Shown here: in pieces, positions 26,801 through 41,183 of the stretch
Numbering within the stretch: position 1 is the stretch's first letter
How the letters are laid out: every line of letters starts with the position of its first letter
From: Klebsormidium nitens
Taxonomy: Eukaryota > Plantae > Klebsormidiophyceae
Assembly: GCA_000708835.1 (NCBI GenBank)
Contig: DF236985.1
Coordinates: 247,926-311,925, forward strand
Direction of reading: 5' to 3'
Length of the DNA stretch: 64,000 nt
Translations under genes and position numbers: made by a program
Notes under the pieces: generated by a model
Told to the model about the DNA's origin: nothing
Databases searched by the model: none
What the model saw: the letters and a program-made list of their open reading frames with translations, nothing else

Positions 26801-29800
26801 TCTTCCGCTCTCTAAGACCTACAACCATGTTGGAAGGTTGTCGTGGAGCCTTGAAACAGGCGTTACCGTGGAGAATGCGGTAAGAGAGGGCTCTGTTTGT
26901 GCGGAATCATGGCGGCAGCCATGGCGGAACCTTAGAAGTGCACACCTGAAAACGTCCGATGAAAAGGTATCATCAAAATTGACGGTTCTTGAGCGCTGTT
27001 CAAAAGGCGACATGCAAAAGATGGGCCCCTGATATGAACTGCATGAATCTGCCTCTCCCTCTTGGTGCAGGTCATCTACGCCCAAACCGACAGCGTCTTC
27101 GTCCGCTTCAAGGGTGCATCCATCGCCGAAGCAATCGAGCTGGGGCATCAAGCGTCCGCTGTTGCCTCTGCGGCGTTCCCTCCCCCGATCTCGCTTAAGT
27201 TCGAGCGTGTGCTCAGCCCTTTCCTGCTACTGCAAGTGAACCGGTATGCGGGGCGGCAGTTTACCAGCGCGGGGGAAGGGAAGGGACAAGGGACGCTGTT
27301 TGTGAAAGGAGTAGAGGTGGATCGAAGGTGGGTCACAGCGACCTTTTTAAGTGGAGCAGGGCGGTACAGCTCTTTGCGTCAAACCGGCCATCGGGTTTCA
27401 AGTGCTCGAGCATGGTTCCTATCCTGCGCCGTTCGATCGCTAAGGATGGCAACAAACGGCTCAAGATCAGGAACCCTGCTTGGAGGAGTTAGAACCCGAT
27501 GACAAGTTTGACGCAACCAGCTGTAACATCTTGACTCAGATCCGTGTACTCCGGGGCTTGGCAAGAAACTTGGTTGCGGTCATTTGGAGGTTCCATCAGT
27601 CTTGAGCATTTTCGCTGTCCAGAGATTTTTTGATTGGACAGCTATCAATCACACCGAAGAATGTCAGACGCTTCAGGAATCCAGGGCGCTTGGGCTTGAA
27701 GCTTGAACTTGTAAGCTACATCCCGGGGGCTTCGATACCTATTGCGCTCAAAATTGCGCGAACGAATGGCCATGTGGACAGCAAACTGACAAAACTTCTT
27801 CTTGCCACAGGGACGTACCCGGCTTTGTCCGCATAGTCTGCAAGCGCGTGCTGCAGAAGATCCTGGTGGACCGCGACGTGGACGGCGCGGTGGAGGCGAG
27901 CACGGCCATGATCCGGCGCCTCGTGGGCGGCAAGTGCTCCATGAGCGACCTCGTCATGACGGGGGGGCTCTGGCGGGTGAACGATGAGGACATCACGCGC
28001 GTCGCAGGTGAGGCTCCGGAGATACATTCTTTGATGCTGTCATGACGTTTGATGACGTCACGATGTTGGCGTCTGCGTTCTGGACGGTGCTGAACTGGCT
28101 GCAGAACCGGTGACTCTTGCCTAGCCACGAAACTGGGACGGTTGATCAGGTTCTGTTTGGCCGGTTCTAGGCTTAGCGACGGAAGGCCTTTGGAGTGTGA
28201 CAGCCTCACACCTTCACGTCAACAGTCCCCTCCTCGAAGAAAAGTTTGGTGGCGCTATTTTGATCCTCCTTTTCTTGAGTACTCCCTTCTTCCGATCCCT
28301 TGAGGAAGCAGAAAGTGGAGTTTCTTTGAGTCGAATCCCGCCATCTGTGCAGCTGGCACGCCGAGTAAGGGCCCCAGCGGTCAGCGGGAGGGCCCCGCCA
28401 CTGCGGAGGAGGGCCGCGGGCCGCACGTGTCGCTAGCAGTGCGCCTGAAGAGGCGCGACGGCGACCGGCAGTTCCACATCGGGGAGCGGATACCGTACGT
28501 CCTGGTGTCTGGGCGAGGGAAGCTTCAGGTAGGGGCAGATACGTGAACGCGCGAGTACCTAGTAAAGGCTCGTGCTGTTTGCACAGAATGAACGATCAGG
28601 CACGGGTAATTTGGACAGAATGCGTTTGAACGAACTGACTGTTGCTGCCTCGGATTCGCTGCACTTGCAAATCCTTTGACCTCATCTCATCAAGCTTGTT
28701 CGAGCGTAAGCAGGATCCTTGAAACGGCCCTAGCCGGCTGTTGAAAGCCGAGATTCTGTTCCGCTTGGCTGGCAGAAGGTTGTCAAAAGGGCTATGTTGT
28801 CCAGGTACGAACGGGTCGAAACGTTGCAGGTGTCACAGCGCTTTGACTGGAAAAAAGCATCAAAACTGGAGACCGAATCTGGTGGGGGAAAACGATTTTC
28901 TAGGAAGGAAAAGCGAAAAGCTGCTGGAAGTTGCGCACCGGCCAGGGGATGGGCCATCTTTGGTCTGGATCTGGTGTTATGAAGGCCTGCCGCGCCACAG
29001 AAGAGCTACCAGCCCCGGCCTCTTACCACGGAGTTCCAAAATTCTCCATTGCGTGGATTCCTCGTCGTGAAGTTTAGCGGTTTTGGGATCTCCCGATTTA
29101 ATGCCCCGTGTGTATACGCACAGGACGACATGGCGGAAGACCCCGTGGAAGCGGCGCGCAGGGGGCTGGCGCCAAACATCGGGGTGTACCTGGAAAACAA
29201 GCTGCGCAAGCCGCTCGAGTCCATCTTTGAGTATGTCGTGGTAAGCGCGGCAGCAGGGGTTCTTTACTGCAGTTTTTGAAAAGGAAAGGATGGCGAGATT
29301 GCACTTTTCGGCCTACGAAGCTTCTCCTAGTCTCAAAGAAACGTCAGGGATAGAGCGAGATTGGCCGTCGGATTCCCTTTAGAATACCCCACTTCAAGCT
29401 ACCCCCTTTCTTGTCAAACCGAGGCTACGGTGTCAGCCTTTTGGATCGAAGACGCTTCTGTTGCGCGCACACTTCTACTTTCTGTCTGTCTTCAGCCGGC
29501 AGAACGAGCAAAGCAGCCAAGGGACCGTTCATCAAAAAGCGCCATGTCCTTCGGGCCTTGTCAAGCGGTCAGCCAACGCGCGGGTTTCTTTGTGTGCAGA
29601 GCGACAAGGTGCTGCGGGAGCTGTTTACGGGGCCCCACACGATCCCCCCGCCCTCCATGGCGGCCGCAGCGGCGGCCTCGGGGGGCGGCAAGCAGTCCCT
29701 CATGAGCACCTTCTTCAAGCCCAAGCCGGCGTGCCTCGGATGCCGGTGAGACCGTCACACCGTTTTCCGAGACTCGGGAAGGTTCGTACTTTCCTGGGAC

Positions 29801-31004
29801 GGGGCGATACAGTGTCCTGCGTGGAAGTCGATTATTGAAATTTTCTTTGATGGTTTTTTCTGGATATAAGCCGTTCCGTTGTCCGCTCTTTGCCGGCCTT
29901 GCGGGCTAGGCACTCGGCCCCGATCTGTCAAGGTGCCGAGCATTCTGAGCTGTTGAGCAGGTTGGCAAAATAACTTTTTTGTCGGTACTTGTAAAGCAAT
30001 CCTTCTTCTATCGCACCTTCGCTCTCTTTGAGGCAAAGTGCAAATTTTCGAAAGTTTTGGGCCGTGTCCAATGGAGACTGCTGCCGCATCATGACACTCG
30101 ATTTGCAGCGGCAGTGACTCGAAATCGCTATGCACGGACATGCTTGAGCCTTACCACTCATTACGTAGCTCGTTCCAAGGGCACGGGCACACAGAGCAAG
30201 AATTTTGTCTGTGCTTATTGAAGTACAATTATCGCATACCCGCCCTTAAGAGGGGTATTTGGAGTACTTTGATCACCGGAAGACGGCTCAGTTTAGCAGC
30301 GTGACTTGCCAGCCATACTGATCGGAGATCAGCAGCGTGAGTTTCGAGCCGGCATACTGCTTAGCGACAGAAAGTATGCAATTGCCGATAAACAGTCGCC
30401 GCACCATGACGTACGCATGATGTGCGGATGATGTGGAACCACCCGGATAAGCTTACCCAAAGAGTTCCCTCAGACGGCCAATGGAGGCGGAACGCGGGCC
30501 GCTGTGCGCATCGTGCGGGGCTAGCGGTGCGGGGCAGCGCGTGGTCGCCGAGCTGGCGGCGGAGCAGCGCGAGCAGGAGGCGCTCTTCGCGGCCGCGGCG
30601 TCCGAGGTGCGCTTGGGGACGCCTTGCGTTCTTTCCTCGTCTCGGACCACACGCTTCCTTCCTTCACGACGCTTTGTATTCTGCTTTTGATGTTTCCTTG
30701 CTGCTTCTTCACGAGAATCTTTCCCATCTTCACCTGAATAAGATTAGCAATCATTCTGAAGCTCTGTCCTGCGAGCCAGCGTTGTGGCGCTGTTCCGTTT
30801 CCTTATCACCGTCATAGTGTGAGGCCCAAGTATGCTCAAGCACTATCCTCTTCGCCTTTGCAGAGTGTGCGCTGTCACTCCGGTACTCCTTTCGACCCTG
30901 TACTCGATACAAACGCGGACTCACCGGCCTTCTTCATCCGATATGAAGCACCTAGAGCCTTGCAGCAAATCGAGCAATCAATCTCCCGGTTTGAAGAAAG
31001 CTGA
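20828..31004 (+). CDS. Divergent DNA polymerase delta catalytic-subunit-like protein (family B), ~1308 aa, with degenerate exonuclease and CysB motifs
   Basis: 16 GT-AG exons totalling 3927 nt with no internal stop: 20828-21197, 21605-21843, 22046-22180, 22576-23540, 24025-24277, 24642-24815, 25147-25338, 25675-25881, 26275-26499, 27071-27327, 27811-28007, 28353-28528, 29124-29240, 29600-29745, 30474-30606, 30864-31004. POLD1-like segments: ILDFASLYPS..HNLCYSTL, TPTGAHFV, VLDGRQKALKLCSNALYGFTG, YAQTDSVFV, HVSLAVRLKRRD..GERIPYV, EDP..YLENKLRKPLESIF, CLGC/CASC. Confidence 0.9.
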
Positions 31005-32239
31005 ACATGGCCGATACGCCTGCTAACCTGCTCTATTGTGTTATGGAACTTGTAACATACCGTACTATTGACGGGCTAATCTCGACTTAGTGAGCCACTC
31101 TGTCTGCTTGCCTGCTGCTGTTGCAGGACCGCATGCAAGGTCGCATGGTTCCCATGAATTTTGTGAGCATGGTCGGCGGACTTCGACGTGCACAACCGCG
31201 TCAGTCCTGAATTTTTGTCTTAATATATACAGGTTACACGTACCTTTTGTGATTCCCTGGGTACGACCGCGATTGTGTGCTGCCCTGCACGATCAACGTT
31301 CTGCATGCTGCCTAGCGCTTGCATGGCGTGTGCCTTGCAACGTGAAGGTTAACATGAATTTCTGGCCGTACGTAGATATTGGATTGACAGCTCTCAGTCG
31401 CGAGACCTGTGCATATGCAATTGCAAATGCAATCATGTTGGATCGAGATCTGCCGCGCGCTCAGTGCTGGCATGCACGGCTCAGTGCTGCATTGTATTCA
31501 ATGCGCTGCAAATCTATATTTGTCGTCCGACAGGTACATGGCATGTGCATGTGTCCGCCCAAATTAGGCGCGGCGGCGATGGCAGTTCAAGCTATAGATT
31601 CGATTACGTGGAACTAAGGCTTATATAAGAGCACGATGATGCAGCTAGAGAATGCATAACATGATTTACCCAATCACATGGGAGTCATTATTTCATGCAG
31701 TTATTATAAATCATGATTTGTGACGATGATCGAAAGAATGTACGCTGCCTATTCCCATGCCTACAGTCCAATTTCATCTTACATCTGACGGGCGATCCAC
31801 CCGGATTCGAAGCCCGCCAAGTAAATTCACTGTTTATAGCAACTTACCGTATTCCCAAGCGTGTTGCTAGAACCATGGGTAGAACGTGTCTGTGAATTAG
31901 TGGCGAGATTCGAACTCTTTCACTAGAACTAATTTCTCTTGGTGAGCTGTAGAGGCATAGCAGCTGGTCAGAAAAACACTTGGATGACTAACGATCTGGA
32001 TTCAATAAAAGATGATACTGGACCTTACAAGAAGGTTTGCACAGTCTGCTGGAACTTAAGCTGTTCCAATCGAGTTTTCAAGGTGCAAATACGCTCAAGC
32101 AGTCGATGCACGTGCACCTTGATTACGGCCTGAAAGGTCTGGATATATCTACAAAGACACATATTTTCTTTAATCACCATCGACGACTAACGAGCTTTGC
32201 CGATCAATATCTCAACGCATTGTTTATGCTGCGCGCTTG

Positions 32240-38252
<6,013 letters not shown>

Positions 38253-38255
38253 AGC

Positions 38256-38294
38256 CTAGCACAAAGAAACGCTCGCGAGGCCGGCCAAGTCCAT
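38256..38294 (-). promoter_or_regulatory. Putative 12-aa uORF (MDLAGLASVSLC*) in the CDPK 5' leader
   Basis: ATG at 38294-38292 lies downstream of a likely 5'UTR-intron acceptor (TGCGCAG, exon start 38306; candidate donor GTACGG near 38568). Its TAG ends 3 nt before the CDPK ATG, in the same frame. Confidence 0.4.
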
Positions 38295-38805
38295 CCCAAT
38301 GCAAAGCTGCGCACAATTCGCACGCAATGCAAGAATTTCTATTGAAAGCCCTGTCAGTGTCAGCCTCAAGGGTTTTGGGACGCACCCAACCTTCTTCGAT
38401 CCTCCTTTCCAATGGAAAGTTTCCTTCGTCCTGCCAGGGCTCTGCCACTGGCGTTTCTGACGCGTCAAAACGTCTTCTCAAGTGATGGTGTCGGGCGTCA
38501 GTTCGGTTGACCAATCGGGGATTGCACCTGCATTTTCGAGGCCAGGAAGTCAACAGGGCTCATCCGTACCTTCCGACTCCCGAGTACCCAGGTAGCACGT
38601 AATTTACCTGATATTATTCTCTCTCTGGTGAGTTTGGTGTGCCTAAATTGCAGCGTGCCTTAAAAACAGGCGCCCGGAGGATGGTCAAAGTTAGCCTAGT
38701 GGTTAGTGTAGGTTCTGGTGCGGAGTGCGGAAACATTTGGGTTTAATGGGTGTTTCGTTTTGGACCTTGGTTGCTCGGGGTCTATGGGCTTTTAGGCACT
38801 AGGAC

Positions 38806-39352
38806 CAGTGTTTCCACTGGGGGCCCGCCACCAGCCATTATCGCCCCCAATGGCCGATATCGTCCCCCAATAGGAGGGCCTTGGGCCCGATGGGTTCCCA
38901 ATGGGCCCCCCGATGGGCCCCCCGATGCTCGAAGCGAGGGGGCCCGACGGGCCCCCAAAGAGCATTGGTTGGAGGCCCTTCTGCCCCCATACATCGGTGT
39001 GAGGGGGCCCAAGCTGAGGAAATATTTCAAGCTTATACAGACATTTTTGAGCTTCTACACAATATTCCTTGTTAAAATCGAGCAGAAATGTGTTCAACAT
39101 CTCCAATTTCATCTACTGGGGGGTTACCGCAAGCAGAATGGGCATTCAGCCCCCCATTTCGCATAGTATTGCGTCAGGACGTCCTATGCAATCTAACAGG
39201 GGGCGATTTCAAACCAATTTTGGGCCCCCGATCAGAGTGTCGAGGGGGCCCATGGGCCCCCAATGTGGATAGTGAGGGGGCCCACCGGGCCCCCGAAGAC
39301 CGGGCCCAGGGGGCCCGAGGGCCACCAATTGAAAAAGTTAGCGGAAACACTG
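38806..39352. mobile_element. Non-autonomous hAT-type DNA transposon (MITE), 547 bp
   Basis: Terminal inverted repeats CAGTGTTTCC (38806-38815) and GGAAACACTG (39343-39352). Perfect 8-bp TSD ACTAGGAC at 38798-38805 and 39353-39360. Subterminal GGGGCCC/GGGCCCC arrays at both ends, and no transposase ORF. An 8-bp TSD with short CAG-starting TIRs is characteristic of hAT. Confidence 0.9.
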
Positions 39353-40320
39353 ACTAGGACACACAGCTGATTATAATAGGGCACACAAGGGTTACAACCT
39401 ACCAGTATATTGAGAATATAATACCGTACTGGTAACTTTTGTTCCGAATTTGCTGGTACATAATGTTCCAAAACTTCAGAGGACCGGTCATATCTATTGA
39501 GCGACCCTCTAGCCAAGGCGCCGCTGTGGCGGTCGCCTAAACGAGCACGTTCTCAAATATATGCAGCGACAACCTATCTCATCTTCACAGGCTGTGTGTC
39601 GCCGGAGAGCCAAGTGGACGGGAAATTGAAAACGCCCGTGTCTTCTCCTGGTTTCGGCGACGACAATGTCAAGGGCGGGGCATCCAACCGGGAACGCCGT
39701 CTTGGGGTTTCATTTGGATTGCGCTAGTCAAAGAAGTGCACGGTGTCCAAGATACTAGCCGGGCCGGTCGATTCCCGACTACCTAAAACTTTTTGGGGTT
39801 GCTGATTCCTGAACCCCATTAGATGAATATTAATAGGTAATACCATAGGTGCTTGGTGAATTATGTACATAGGTAGCCCGGGCTAGCACCCTAAACTTGA
39901 AACTTCCCTAGGCATACCTATCGCTTATAGGTAGGTAGACCTACCGGTACGCATACCGTACCTGTGCCTATCATTGGCCAAGAATCACTATCGATCGAAT
40001 GATTAAATAGCACGGGGACAAGATCGACGGCTAACAACCGAAACCGGTCAACCGTGAGATGCTTGCCGTTACCACCAATCATGAATCAGCTGCTCAATTT
40101 AACTAGATCGAGAACTTGGAATTATCGTGCTTTACAAATTGGAAATTCAAATGGCTGGGCGGCCGCGCCCGCCCGGCCCGAATAAATGACTGCTCTAGGC
40201 TGCTGTGGCACTCTAGGCTACAGCATGAGCTGCATGACACTGCTTGCAGTTGCAATTTGCAAGCACTGTTCAGCAGATCATCATTAGGTAGCCTTTAGGA
40301 TAGAGCGACGACGGTTCCAA

Positions 40321-41125
40321 ATGGGTGGCGCGCAGAGCCGGCCCTCAGCTCCAATGCAGGCGGAGGCGGTTGGAGCGGGACAGAGCGAGCCACCTGTGCC
40401 GACTCTTTCGACCGAAAGCAAAGCTGCAGACAGCGCGGCTGACGGCATTGAGCGGAAAGTGCCGCGGAGGCGAAAGAACAACCCCGATCTTCGCCCCCAC
40501 CGCTGCAATGACAGGCTGGAGGATTGTATCCAGGCAAGCGCAACCGATCAATTGCTCGCTTGCTGCAGTAAGAACTTCATGATAGTTGCAGAACAGCGGT
40601 GAACAAGTTCCCCAAAATTAAGGCTCGCTCAGTTTCAATTGCACTGATTGCTTCCAGTCTGATTAGTTTGACTATTTGGGAGTGTTTGATTGAGGTGGGA
40701 TTGCGTTGCTGCAGGCGCTTTTTGAAGGGAATCCGCTTGAGACGATGAAGAAGCCTGTGCAGCTCTTTTGGCAGTGCATGAGGGCGAAGCCAGGGTGAGT
40801 GCGTTGCGCTTCTTCTGATGGCGTTGGAAGCGGTGGTGTGACTTGCTGTGCCCTGGGGTTTGTGCTTATCTCAATCGGTGTTCACAAGTCCTAATAGCAA
40901 CTCCTTAGAAAGGAGAATTGAGCATCAGCATTTGTCTTTCCAGCTCCCTCTTGCAACCCGGCTTGCCTGATGTTAGTCGAGGTCTTGTAAGTACCACTCT
41001 ATCAGACGGTCATGGCACGTTTTGATGTCGAGAAGGTTTCTGGCGGCTGATCACTCTGATTTGGTCGCGTCGGTTGCAGTGAAGAACCAACGGAGCCCTT
41101 CATCTACTACAAGCCCGATAAATAA
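40321..41125 (+). CDS. Small unknown protein, 112 aa, 3 exons, putative N-myristoylation
   Basis: Exons 40321-40533 (GC donor CAG|GCAAGC), 40715-40794 (GG|GTGAGT) and 41080-41125 (TAA) join in frame: MGGAQSRPSAP...RRRKNNPDLRPHRCNDRLEDCIQALFEGNPLETMKKPVQLFWQCMRAKPGEEPTEPFIYYKPDK. I do not recognise the family. Confidence 0.65.
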
Positions 41126-41183
41126 GGCCGCTGTGGGTGGGGCATAGTGGTAGTCTTTCGCAACCTGGGCCGGGCTCCTTAGC

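Noticed and set aside
20828-31004. Calling the polymerase Pol zeta (REV3), canonical POLD1 or a pseudogene
   Set aside because: The segments match delta rather than REV3, which keeps YGDTDS and CysB. Key POLD1 residues are lost. All 16 exons are intact and in frame.
31895-31930. GTTCGAATC T-loop-like motif on the minus strand
   Set aside because: Only a 3-bp stem; no D arm, anticodon arm or acceptor stem.
38690-38750. tRNA A-box-like TAGCCTAGTGGTTAG
   Set aside because: No B-box/T-loop or cloverleaf follows.
38750-39357. G/P-rich ORFs on both strands
   Set aside because: They arise from the GGGCCC subterminal repeats of the MITE and show no transposase motifs.
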